From positions 1 through 33,823 of the forward strand of contig NW_021831967.1 of assembly GCF_006345805.1 (NCBI RefSeq): a stretch of DNA of 33,823 nt, written 5' to 3'. This stretch comes from Octopus sinensis. Its lineage: Eukaryota. Under the pieces are notes generated by a model. That model saw only the letters and a list, made by a program, of their open reading frames with translations. It was not told the DNA's origin and searched no databases. A program made the position numbers and the translations under genes. Positions 1 to 12,193 of this stretch are shown here, in pieces (position 1 is the stretch's first letter; the number at the start of each line of letters is the position of its first letter).

Positions 1-299
1 TATGGCAATTATTCGTTGCTCAACATATTTATCCTTCAATAATCCAAGAATATTTCCCCTTTGTCAGTCCCCAAAAGTTAGGGTTATATGCTCTGCACGC
101 GGAGAGGTTTATATGGATTAAGTTCCCATGAGATGTGTTATATTTTATTGATATGTTTCAGCTTTCTATTGTTATTTTCTATAAATATAATGTATAAGGA
201 AAATACTTTCACAGCTATTTCTTTCCATTGTTTGTTATATGGGTATACAGGTATAGAAGGTAGAGAAAGGAATGCAAAGTTCGTTATCAACTTTGGCAT

Positions 300-644
300 T
301 ATTCATATGTATATAAACATGCATAAATATACATACGCATATATACTAATACATATATATATATATATATATATATGTATAATATAATATATCATATACA
401 TACATTTATGCATACATACATATATATATATGTATAGAAATATATGTATATATATATACATATATTTATATGTGTGTGTGTGGGTGTGTGTTTGCATGTG
501 TATTTGTATATATAGCCGCCTGGCGTTGACGAGCCATATTTCTATAAGAAGTATACAAAACTATGAGTTGCAGCATGCTGCCGAATGAATCACTTTTAAG
601 TAATAATGTATGTAACTCCTACGATGCATTTACATTAAACATAT

Positions 645-691
<47 letters not shown>

Positions 692-843
692 GTTGTGTTG
701 TGTGTATGTATGTATATACACACACGTATGCATATATATGTATATGTATGTATGTATATATATTTTATATTAAGGCCATTATTAAACATAAATACCTCAC
801 GCTAGGAGGGACTCTTAAAGCAAATACTACCATAATATATATA

Positions 844-874
<31 letters not shown>

Positions 875-1010
875 ATATATTAATATATAATATAATATAT
901 ATATATATATAATATATATAATATACTATATATATATGTGTATAATATATATATACATATATATATATATAATATATATATTATATATATATATATATAT
1001 ATAATAGATA
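300..1010. repeat. (TA)n/(TG)n/(TATG)n microsatellite blocks
   Basis: Long dinucleotide runs at about 300-520 and 630-1010, separated by a short unique spacer. Confidence 0.95.
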
Positions 1011-1172
1011 TGTTATAAAAAGAAAATAGAAACTACTCGTGGAAATGTAAGAGGAAAGTAAGAAGAAGAAGAAGTGAAAGTGCACATTGGAAATCAAAAA
1101 GTAACGAGAGATATATACAATTAGATGAACTAAGGTAGGAATAAAAGTAATAAAACTCATTATTGTGAATTG

Positions 1173-2177
1173 TTAAAGAGATTTAAAGCATACCGGTTTC
1201 CTAAAAACACTAATCATTGCTTTAGTATTTCGTTTGGCTTCCCTTAATGTTCGTATATCCATTTCCTTAGCTCGTTCAATGCCATCAGCTATTAATGATA
1301 TAGGGTAATGTCTTTTGATTAGTATTGATCTGAGTTCAAGGAGTCTTCGTTCACGATTATAGGTATCCGAAATTATGGTACAGATTCTTTTAGCTAGATT
1401 ATAAACGATATTAATTTTTATGTGTTTGGGGTGGTATGAGTTGAATAATAAGTATTGTTTAGTATCTGTGGGTTTATAGATGTCTTTTTCGATGTGGTTA
1501 TTGACTATTTTAATTGGGATATCAAGAAAAGGGAGTTGTTTACTACTGTGCTCCATGGTGAATTGTATGTTGCTATTGATATTGTTAAACATTATTTTGA
1601 AATCGAGGAGTTTGCCCATGCTGTCTTTCCAAAGTATAAAGTAATCATCCAAATACCTCTCTAGTTCTCCTTTAAATTGCGATGAAATGCGGTGCCATAT
1701 TCTGTAGTGAATATTGATGTATTTTAAGCTTTTACAAGGTTCGCAATCACTGCAGCAGCTAGGGTTCACATTGCAATTCCACATTTTTATCGATAGTAAA
1801 ATGTATCGAACATGAAATAGCTGTTCACTAGGATGAATCATGAATCTGTGGTTGATGCGTCCTGGGATCACTTCTGGGTATTTTTCTAGCCAGAAGGTGA
1901 TCGCTTCTATACCATAATCGTAGGGGATATTGCTGTAGAAATTCACCACATCGAATAATACTAATAGGGTTCCGTCATTTATTGTCTTTGGGAGGTGGTT
2001 GAGCATATCTAAGTCATCCCTGATAAAGCTTTTCACATATTTTAGAAACGGTTTAAGATGTCGAGGAAGTTGCTCAAACGGTGGGTTTCACAATCAGAGC
2101 CAGCAATGATGGGTCTCAGTTTGAGGTCAGTAGGTGGGGAGGAATATTAATACATAGGCTTGGAGAATCTTTGGAAG
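1173..2177 (-). mobile_element. Penelope-like retroelement RT fragment, decayed
   Basis: Minus-strand translation gives LRPIIAGSDCETHRLSNFLD, FDVVNFYSNIP, a broken GIAM*T motif in a shifted frame, RYLDD, QFTME..LPFLD and DIYKPT..YLLFNSYHP. These match the Penelope RT/thumb motif series. Frameshifts and stops are present and no GIY-YIG domain is seen. Confidence 0.85.
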
Positions 2178-2198
2178 GTTTACACATATATATGCATG

Positions 2199-2242
<44 letters not shown>
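2178..2242. repeat. (TA)n microsatellite abutting the 5' end of the Penelope fragment
   Basis: Direct reading of the sequence. Confidence 0.95.
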
Positions 2243-2245
<3 letters not shown>

Positions 2246-3344
2246 GTTATTGATATATGTATACTGGAGCGTGACAATGCATATCTTTCTTGTAGCGAGC
2301 ATGGACACATATGTGCGTACCAGTGAAAGACATTAATCGTGGAAAATATCGTCTGGCGTCAGCTACCCTTGTACAAACGAGCACACTAGGTTGCATTCCC
2401 TATCATTAGTGGTTGGCTATTCTCTGTTGACCTATGAAGTGTTGCATTTTCGGTGTGTTGTTACTTACATCTCTCGTCTTAAAAGAAGATAATTCCTTTT
2501 CTGATTTTAGTATTTGGTTTTACAACATTCGTAATGGGAAGTCGCGTGTTGTGTAATATTCTATTATACCTCGGGAGAGTCAGTATCCTATGCTAAACGT
2601 ATGTCCTTGTCCCATCTGTTTTATGTATTTGTCAATTGCGTTACTATTTAATCGACTGTTTGATTAATCATTCGACAAATCTATCAGTCAAGTACCATTC
2701 ATCGCTAGTCGTGAACTTGACTTCGTGTAGAATAGGCTTCTTACATATGAAGCGGTGAATGACGACGAAAAGTGTTTAGTAACTGAGTTATTAGCTGAAC
2801 GATTAATCAATCCATTTTCTTTTAGTTCTCTCTATATTTGTATTCACATCACGTGCTTGCGAATTTGTAATAAACATAGCAGAAGCAGTGTCGGGTAACT
2901 GTGAAAGGGAGTATTATTAAATTTGAATCAATGGGACTAGAGAAACACATTAATGAGCACACACATATATACACACACACGTATTCCACGCCAGAACCAC
3001 CTGTCATACACTATTCTGCTTCTGAATACATAAATAAGCCACAACAAAATTACTTTTCCTTAACACGCTCTGCTCTATTTTAAGCAAATCAAAAGAAGCA
3101 AACATCACGTGACATTCGAAGGATATCTCCACAAGTTTCTTCCAGGGATAGTAGAAAGACCACCTATATCGGGGTGCATCTCGGTCAAAAACTTCCCTAC
3201 TTTAATGGGCCTTGATACAACAAAGGTCACTTAAAATAACCTGACAAATCCTACCAGGTGCTGCTAATAACCTAGGCTAATATTTGACAGGAACAAACCT
3301 AAGTTGATCTAAGTGTATGTGTGTGTGTGTGTACACACATAAAT

Positions 3345-3810
3345 ATATAGGCGCTAACATGGCTGTGTGGTGTGGTATGAGGCTTGCTTCCCAATCACAG
3401 GTTCCGGATTCAGTCCCACTGCATCGTGGCACCTTGGGTAAGTATCTGCTATACTCTCAGGCCGACCTAAGCTTTGTGGATGGATTTCGGAGATGGAAAC
3501 AACTGAAAGAAGCTCCTCGTGTATATATATATCTGTGTGTGTGCGTCTGTGTGTGTGTATGTATGTATGTATGTATGTATGGATGGATGGATGGTTGCGT
3601 GTGCGACTTTGTATTTGTGTCTCTCCCCCACTCACCGGTTGACAACTGGTTTTGGTGCGCCTACGGCCCCGTAACTTAGCGGTTCGGTAACAAGAACCGA
3701 TAGAATAAGTACTAGGGTTAAAATAAATCTTGGAGTCGATTTGTTCGACTACAACCCTTCAAAACAGCGCTCCAGCATGGCTGCAGTTAAATGAGTAAAA
3801 CAAGTATAAG
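3345..3810 (+). mobile_element. tRNA-headed SINE, family B, with internal microsatellite
   Basis: Head GGCTGTGTGG...GGTTCCGGATTCAGTCCC has A/B-box-like motifs. The body segment GTAACTTAGCGGTTC...CCGATAGAATAAGTA...CCAGCATGG recurs at 31430-31565 and 32345-32750. Confidence 0.75.
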
Positions 3811-3814
3811 AATA

Positions 3815-4012
3815 TATATATGTGTGTGTGTATGTTTGTGTGTGTGTATGTGTGTACGTATGTATGCATATACACACGCGTATATACGTACATATAGATA
3901 TGTGTCTGTCTATCAATGTGTCTCTCCTGGTATCTGTTTACACACATAACACACACTTATATTCAAACACACACACACACATAGTTATATTCACACACAC
4001 ACACACACGTGT
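3815..4012. repeat. (TG)n/(CA)n/(TA)n compound microsatellite
   Basis: Direct reading. Confidence 0.9.
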
Positions 4013-5423
4013 ATAAAGAAATAGCTCTTGGTCCTTCTGGGGAAGATGTAATTAAGAGTCATTAAACTGCTCTACGCATTTCAGATTAGAACTTTTTATT
4101 TTATTTTCGCCTAAAGCATTGATTTTAAATTTCTCGTCCAACAATATAAAAATTAGTTTTCTGACTTAAATAAATAAACAAAAATCTAACAACACCATTC
4201 GAATTTGTTATCATTCCCATAGCATTGTAAACTCGTATTTACAATGATTATATTTCGTGACTAATCATCATTTTAGCTTTAACTATTTTAGAATGATTTA
4301 GGACAATTTGAACTTTTTATATATTTTCTGTCAGCATAAATAATTTTTTTCTAATTTTGGTACAATCAATCAATCTTGAGAGGAGAGGACAAGTCGATTA
4401 CCTTGTCATCGGTACTTGATTGGAAACAATTTATCTATGTCTCGAATGTCTGAGAAGCAAAGTTGCATTTCAACTCAGAACTTAAAAAAGCGAAAGAAAT
4501 CTTGCTAAGAATTTTGTACGAGCATTAAATATTTTGCCGCCTTGCCGCCTTGGTAATGCAAATAGAACGAAGTAAGTAAGCTATTGGAGTTCACAAATCC
4601 ATGGTAAATGGATCTCTCTTATCTTTGCACATATTTTTTATATTCATATGTGTGAGTGTGGTAGTATCTGACCTTTGGCTATTTACTGTTAAGTATGCCT
4701 TCGGAACAAATCAGAACATTACGTATGCTTGTAGTATGTTTTCAGATATCTTCTTCCTTCTGGGTCATTTCCTTTAAAGTCTTTTAGCCAAACGAACAGG
4801 CTTCAATATTTATTTTCTTCTTTAAGCCTGGTACTTACTCTTTCGTTCTCATGCGCCGAACTGTTAAGCCACAGTCATGGAAACACTACAACACATATTG
4901 TCAAGCAGTAATGAGGAACAAACACACACACAAATACATACTTACACATATACGACAGGCTTCCTTCAGTTTCCGTTAAAGAAATCCAGTCACAAGTCAT
5001 TGGTCGGCCCGTAGCTATAGTAGCTGCCACGTATATGGAATTATTTTGAGAACAATTTGAACTTTGACAAATGAAATCCGTGAACGTTAGAGTTCTGGAA
5101 CCTCGAGACGTTTCAAACAAAAGCTATATCCCCTTTAGAGTCCTTCGACCTCTTGGAGTTACTAGTGAAATTCTAAGACAATTACAATATTATATCCAAA
5201 GGAAGTACACACATAAATAATGAAAAGATGATGATTGGAATGCCTCAGCCCTAATGCCTCATCAGTGCAGATACAAGTATACTCAACAGCAACAAAATCT
5301 ACAACAGTCGCGTCATTTTGTCTAATGAAGTTATTTGTATTTTTTATATTTTTTGTTATTCTGTTTCGCTTTAAATTTTGGGGAAATATTTCAATGAAAA
5401 TTCTAAATGAAAATATCACTCAC

Positions 5424-5652
5424 CTTTTCCTGATACACTAGAAATAGGAACACCTTTTTCATGAGATATACATCCAAGGATAGAGAATACAATGCAACCG
5501 ACAAATATACTTGTTGCACCATTTATTAATGTCAGAAGAATAGAGTCTCTCAAGCAATTATTTTTGAACTTGTTAAAACTTGATAGTGTTATTAAACCAC
5601 CAGTACCCGTGCTCAAAGAGAAAAATATTTGAGTCGCTGCATCGCTCCATAC
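5424..5652 (-). CDS. SLC6: SLC6 transporter exon (TM6-TM7), 229 nt, phase 0 to phase 1
   Basis: Encodes VWSDAATQIFFSLSTGTGGLITLSSFNKFKNNCLRDSILLTLINGATSIFVGCIVFSILGCISHEKGVPISSVSGK-G. Acceptor tttctgttgtAG at 5654-5653 and donor GTGAGT from 5423. VW-DAA-QIFFSL and N-xx-TS-xF-xG are SLC6 signatures. The symbol is family level only. Confidence 0.93.
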
Positions 5653-5758
5653 CTACAACAGAAACATAACAAAGGTAAGTGAATAAAGTAAAATTGAATT
5701 TGCACAGAAATATTTATTTCTACCAAAATAAAACTGCAATCAACTTATGTATATAATA

Positions 5759-5971
5759 CAGCGTTACCCAAAAGTGGGTTTGCAGTTATTCAACTATCTC
5801 TTTCCCATTTATATATCAATACCTTAAAGCTTCATTATAACCAGAATATGAAACCATTAAACTATTATAATTTAGATAATTGTAAGATAGAAATTTGAAT
5901 GTAATAAAACGTTTTAAAAGTAATTTAAAGTGCCTAGGTGATAACCGTAAAGCTACTTTTGGGACACCCTG
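5759..5971. mobile_element. Candidate Tc1/mariner-type MITE, 213 bp
   Basis: Left end CAGCGTTACCCAAAAGT versus reverse complement of right end CAGGGTGTCCCAAAAGT (14/17 identical, weaker match continues inward). TA flanks at 5757-58 and 5972-73. Confidence 0.6.
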
Positions 5972-6799
5972 TATACTTTTGTATTTGAAGAATTGAATGA
6001 GAATATACGACGCAATTGATGCAATTCAGAATTTATTTATATCATTGTAGTAGATATTATATTTACTAGGTTCATTGCACTTGCATTCTGTGGAGATAAG
6101 TTTTGGGGACCTCTTTAGGTGATGGTTTTCTTGCTGGTCAGCCCGGATAGAGTAAATCACCGGCACTGCTACCAACAACAATATTCTAGCCATGACAGTA
6201 TTTTATATATTTGTTTTTGCCATTAGGAATTGTTTTTTTTCCTGTTCGTCCTTTCTTTCTTAAGATAGTAGACTGTAATCTACGGGAAATTTGACTGATA
6301 TTTCTAGCAAGTGAACTTATTAGGGTGTTGAATCTCCTTTTTACTAAAACCTAGTTTCCATTAATCCAGCTCTATTATATATAAGCACGTTCCGTGTTCT
6401 GGAACTGCTGCAGGCCTGAAAACTTTGGCTTGATCGAAGGATGCTCTTATCACGAAATCAGTTTTCAGTTTAAATTCCATGCCAAACGGAAATCAAAGCA
6501 TATGCAGTCCATGAAACAAAAAAATGTTTTTGGCCGGAGAACTCCAAGTAAAACTGAGAGTTCCAAGATTGCAATGTTTCTCCAACGTGGGTGCAGGAAA
6601 TTTTTGTTACTTAAGAAAAAACAAAATCTGACCCCAAAAGATACAGAGTGAAAATTTTTCCATCCGCAACCATCCTGTTTCAAACGTTGTTAATTCGAAG
6701 CCTCTATTAATTTATATGTCCAATTTTATGACGGTAACTTTGTAACTTGGGGGAATTGTCACTGTTATGTCAAGTATACATAGTGAAATAATCCAAACG

Positions 6800-6960
6800 C
6801 TTTTGCTGAACTCGCTGCCGTACTCCAATTCCAGTGGCAAGGATTTGAACGGCTCGGGGTTAGAATAGAAAACAATTGCCCAAGGTGCCGCCAAATGATA
6901 CTGAACCTGGGACCATATAGTTGGGAAGCATATTTCTAACTACACAGCCATGCCTGCACA
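6800..6960 (-). mobile_element. Degenerate SINE family B head
   Basis: Reverse complement resembles the 3345 head (GGCTGTGTAGTTAGAAATATGCTTCCCAAC...GGTTCAGTATC...GGCACCTTGGGCAA). Confidence 0.55.
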
Positions 6961-7077
6961 TGTTATTAATAATGCTATTCTTAATGAATAACAGCACATG
7001 AACAGTAAAAACCCTGCTTGTTTCTGATTTCTTCAACGTATGTTGTCAAAAATGTCCTGTAATATATAATGGCGAAT

Positions 7078-7725
7078 AAGGCGGCGAGCTGGCAGAAACG
7101 TTAGCACGCCGGGCGAAATGTTTAGCGGTATTTCGCATGCATTTGCGTTCTGAGTTCAAATTCCGCCGAGGTCGACTTTGACTTTCATCTTTTCAGGGTA
7201 GATAAATTAAGTATGAATTGGGTAGTGGGGTCGATGTAATCGACATAATCCCTTGCACTTGTTTATCCCCTCTATGTGTAGCCCCTGGTGGGCAATAAAG
7301 AAATAAGAAACGTTAGCACGCCGGGGGAAATGCTTAGAGGTCTTTCGTCTGTCTGCGTTCTGGGTTCAAATTCCGCCGAGATCGACTTTTCCTTTCATCC
7401 TTTCGGGGTCGATAAATTAAGTACGAATTGCGTAGTGGGATTGATCTAATTGATTGGCACCCTACCCCAAAATTTCGGGCCTTGTGCCTAGAGTAGAAAA
7501 GAATATTTCAAGGCGGTGAGCTAGCAGAAACGTTAGGATGCCGTTCGAAATGCTTCGCAGTATTTCGTCTGCTTTTACGTTCTGAATTCAAATTCCGCCG
7601 AGGTCGACCCTGCCTTTCATCCTTTCGGGGTCAATGAATTTAGAACCAGTTGCGTACTTGGGGTCGATCTAATTGACTGGCACTCTCCCCCAAAATGTCG
7701 GACTTTGTGCCTAGAGTAGAAAATA
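7078..7725 (+). mobile_element. Tandem array of three SINE family A copies
   Basis: Repeated unit (GGCGAGCTGGCAG)AAACGTTAGCACGCCGGGCGAAATG...GTTCAAATTCCGCCGAG.TCGAC..TTCATC.TT.C.GGGT at 7078, about 7308 (5'-clipped) and about 7510. Pol III A/B-box-like head. Confidence 0.85.
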
Positions 7726-8147
7726 ATATGTAATAGCGAACGTTCAACTTCTCCCAATTTGGTCAATTTATTTTACAAGATGATATCCGGGGCAATGTTT
7801 TCACCTCCCATGTATTCGCTGTCCATTCCTAGGTTGCCTAAGCAATATAATTGTCGTCGAAACGTAATAATTTGTTTTTAAGCATTCATACATAAATGTT
7901 TTATGCCCTTAAAATTAATTGCTGCAAAGGCATATCAACATTTTTGTTGACATGTAGAAGGGCCTGTGTAACATTTAAATAAATGAGAAAGAAGACAATG
8001 GTATACAATGGTATCGTATGCTTTTCATTTCAGAAATTAACTGCTGTATTTAAGCGCTTGTAGAATACATGTTATTTATTGACAGCTAATTATGTATTTT
8101 CTGCAATCTGAAATAAGTATAACAATATGAATGAAGATGACGATTAT

Positions 8148-8166
8148 ATTATCATCATCATCATCA

Positions 8167-8233
<67 letters not shown>

Positions 8234-8250
8234 CATTATTATTATTATTA
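8148..8250. repeat. (ATC)n(ATT)n microsatellite
   Basis: Direct reading. Confidence 0.95.
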
Positions 8251-8739
8251 GCTATTAAACCAAAATGAGGCGTAGTAAAAGCAGTGTAAATATGAACGAC
8301 AAGCATTTATGAAATTTTAACAAATCGTGAAAGAAAAATGAAGCAAATGGCAAAAGTGTATTTTCCAGAATATATTAATTCCTGTAAACAACATGAAAAA
8401 TTAGAAAATACATAAATTAACATGATATAAACGTACGTAAATGAAGAGATAGATCCAGAAAAATGAAGAACGAAAATGGAAAACAATATGCATAACGAAG
8501 GACGTATATAAATATGTAACGCATAATGTTTTGTTTTTTTTTGCCTTTCGGATAGAACCTATATTATATATAATTCAAATATTGAAGGGTTTCTGTGGAA
8601 AAAAATAGATTCAAAACTCTGGAGTTATTTCAGAACATAATATCATGAAATACATAAAAATTGTAGTCAACAATATCGACAAACACATAGTACTGTTTTT
8701 ATACGTTATCTCACACTCTCTCTATTCCCCCCTCTCTCT

Positions 8740-9207
<468 letters not shown>

Positions 9208-9532
9208 AAAAGCCGACAAGAAGATCTAAATCAAAACAGAATGCAGAGTAACTTGTACGCTTTTCCATCAGAAATGTTTTAATCCACAATTCACGGAGAA
9301 TTTAATAATAGTTTATAAACTACAATCCATCTGACGCGATAATTTTTTTAAGCATATTTAAATATGTATTCAGTATAGTGATGCATGTAAGAAAGAAATT
9401 ATATCTGCAATGCAAGGAATGGAAAGTGGAATGTTTACATCCCATTTTGTATTAAATAATAATAATTCTAATAAAATTATATAAAATCACTACTGATTGC
9501 CCTTTGGCTCTGTATCAATTTATACTAATGTC

Positions 9533-9611
9533 ATTATAGTATAGAAGACTATACTATAATTATAGTATAGAAGACTATACTATAGAAGACTATACTATTG
9601 AGTATAGAAGA
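9533..9611. repeat. Short tandem array of a palindromic unit (TATAGTATAG-AAGA-CTATACTATA)
   Basis: Perfect 12-bp-stem inverted repeat at 9533-9560, a second copy 26 bp later, then two partial copies. Confidence 0.8.
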
Positions 9612-10035
9612 TATCTACAATATGGCGATGTAACAGCCTTGTTTTATACGTCAACAACGTGTAGTCTTGTACATTTACCAAGCGCTTCCTTCTTCATAGT
9701 TTCGTAGGTAGGATTAACTTTGTTTTACTGTTGAGACTATTTACTGTTTACGACAGCACAACACGATAAAATCATAAGTTGGTTGTCGTATTTGTGCATA
9801 AATTAAACCTCTATGATTCATAATATCTTTTATCTTAATGTTTTTCGTCATGCAACTGAGGAAATATCTAATTAAAATTGTCATCTGTGTGTCATTTTTA
9901 ATGTATACACTTGTCGATAGGTCAGTTGCGATATTATTTGTCTGATATAACATCTCTTACAGACTTGCTGTGTTAAAAAACAAAATAAATATCAGAGTGA
10001 GGTGAAAATTCGTCCCAGCAGCGGCGGCGGTGAGG

Positions 10036-10078
10036 GCGCCAGATGCGTTTCGACCGTTTTGAGCCTTTTCAATGGCGC
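10036..10078 (-). ncRNA. Candidate minimal type I hammerhead ribozyme (Penelope-LTR type, U3-A8 core variant)
   Basis: Minus strand reads GCGCCA-UUGAAAA-GGCU-CAAAAC-GGUC-GAAA-CGCA-UC-UGGCGC: 6-bp perfect stem I, 4-bp stem II (two G-U pairs), GAAA, short stem III loop and a UC cleavage site. Confidence 0.5.
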
Positions 10079-10784
10079 ATATTCGCCAACAGTCACATCC
10101 TTCTTCATGAATGTATATTTCAAATTAACTTTTTAATAGTCCGTGCATTAAATAAGCCAAGAACAATGTTAGCTTTGAAACCAAGAATTATGAGACTGAA
10201 TATTATATTTTTTTTTAGAATATTTCTCTTATCACATGTTTTAAAAATATTATTCAAGAATTTCTCTTTCGTGGACAGTAAGTTCATAACTAGTTATAAC
10301 CAATCAAGAATAAGAAATACTGCGCCGATAATATTTATGAAGAAACTCAATTTTTTTGTACAAAGGAAAGTAATTGAAGTTTGCAGAGTAGAAAGTACGA
10401 ACAATAATTCATATAAGACACCAATATTTTGCAGAAACAGAATTGATTCTTTGTATGAAACTCTCTATTCAAAATTTATACATGAATTATTTTCTTACAA
10501 ATGAACCTGTCAGATAGCAGCCTACAAACAAGAAATACTTACAGAAAATATCAGTTCATTAAGAGGAAGGATATTGAAAATAGAAATACCAGTGACAGGA
10601 TTGATAAAAGAAATATAAATAAAGTAAGTAATGATGACAGACATTTCCTTCATGACCAAACTCTCATTGACGTTTTCAAATTCTATTTGGTAAAAGAAAA
10701 AAGAAGTCGGAAAGTGAGGTGCTGCAACAGAGTGAACATAGCAACAGAATGCGAGCGAATGAACGAGCGAATGTTTTATGTAGT

Positions 10785-11012
10785 CGGCGAGCTGGGAGAA
10801 ACGTTAGCACGCCGGACGAAATGCTTAGCAGTATTTCGTCTGCCGTTACGTTCTGAGTTCAAATTCCGCTGTGGTCGACTTTGCCTTTCATCTTTTCGGG
10901 GTCGATAAATTAAGTACCAGTTACACACTGGAGTCGATGTAATCGACTTAATCCCATTGTATGTTCTTGCTTGTCCCCTCTATATTTCGCCCCTTGTGGG
11001 CAATAAAGAAAA
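10785..11012 (+). mobile_element. SINE family A, near full length
   Basis: Same head, body and GGGCAATAAAGAAA tail as the copy at 7078. Confidence 0.85.
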
Positions 11013-11239
11013 AAGAAGATTAGAGAGAACAGAGAAGCATTCGTCACAGCACTTCTGGTGAGCAGGATGACCCAAGTTTTGTAGGATTCTTTGTTGCCCC
11101 TGAGTGTTGGTTTCCCTCATTGGGCAATTTTCGTGTTAATTATTATTGTTTTGAATCGCTTACTGAAGATTCCAATAGTCATTTTGTCGGTATTGTTCTA
11201 AATATTTTTTGTAGCTCTTCTCTCCAATAATGAAATCTT

Positions 11240-12020
11240 TGTTATTAATATCTCTTTATCACAGGTTTTGTTGGAGCTCCTGGAGTCATGCATTCGTAGC
11301 GGGCCTGCAACATGCAGCCCATGGTACTATGCTGCGTGTTCTTTTCGACTATCTAGTACTTTCCCGATTATTCTGGCCGTGCCAAGGAGGCAAAACTTTT
11401 ATAACAGTTCTACTGGGCACTCTTTTCCAATATCCTTGATATACCTCGTGAACCCTTTTGATACTGTTCGCAAGCAACCAACACTAATTGGCACTATCTT
11501 CACCTTCTTCATTTTCTATAACCTGACCATTTCGTACTTAAGAGGGTTGTATTTATCTACTTTTTTGCCTTCCTTCTTGACTATTCGTGAGTCAAAGGAG
11601 CATGCAACATCAACTATAGAGCACATGTTGTGCATCTTGTCGACCACTACTAGATCCAGCTTGATATGCTCTAGCATCTGATCAGTTTTGATTGGGAAAT
11701 CCCAGGGGATTTGCTAGTCTCCACTCCGCCACTTTCTGTTCTCATACCACTTCTTGCTCTCTAGCACCCACAGTTTCCAATGTAGCATTTTCGCTACCTT
11801 ATCGTGTAGCCACAACTTATAGTGGTTTTGGGCAAGTTTAGGGCATTCTTTCGTGATATGGGCAATATTTTTGTCAACTCTATTACAGATGCGGCACAGA
11901 GGAGATACTCGCTCATTCCTAATGTTGATCCTGCAATTCATGACCAAAGCTTGCTCATGCGCTGCCACTATAGTGCTCCCAGTCTGTTCCTTTTTTCAGC
12001 CAATCTCACTTATATTTTCC
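11240..12020 (-). mobile_element. R4/Dong-like RLE non-LTR retrotransposon 3' fragment (copy A)
   Basis: Minus translation: AAHEQAL, zinc knuckle CRIC..NIAHITKEC, HDKVAKMLHW, WDFPIKTD, IVDVACSFD..KKEGKKVDKY and LLGTARIIGKVL. This is the CCHC plus PD-(D/E)xK endonuclease end, with stops and frameshifts. Confidence 0.85.
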
Positions 12021-12029
12021 ACTTGTGTT

Positions 12030-12193
12030 GTTGCCGCTGTTATTATTATTTTTATTATTGTTGTTGTTATAATTATTACTATTTTTATCTTTATTTTTAT
12101 TTTTATTGTTGTTGTTGTTGTTATTATTATTATTATTATTTTTATTGTTGTTGTTGTTGTTCTTCTTTTTATTATTATTATTATTATTATTTA

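Noticed and set aside
5235-5275. CTGATGAG on the minus strand as a hammerhead core
   Set aside because: No GAAA or stem II/III follows; the region is only a short AATGCCTCA direct repeat.
6394-6683. Short ORFs on both strands as a gene or transposon remnant
   Set aside because: No recognisable motif or terminal repeats.
7078-7725. CRISPR-like array
   Set aside because: The units are about 200-bp diverged SINEs in eukaryotic DNA, with no spacers or cas genes.
10542-10682. Minus-strand AG...GTAAGT-bounded segment as an extra SLC6 exon
   Set aside because: No SLC6 similarity, and the flanking exons already join in frame (KTK|VWSD).
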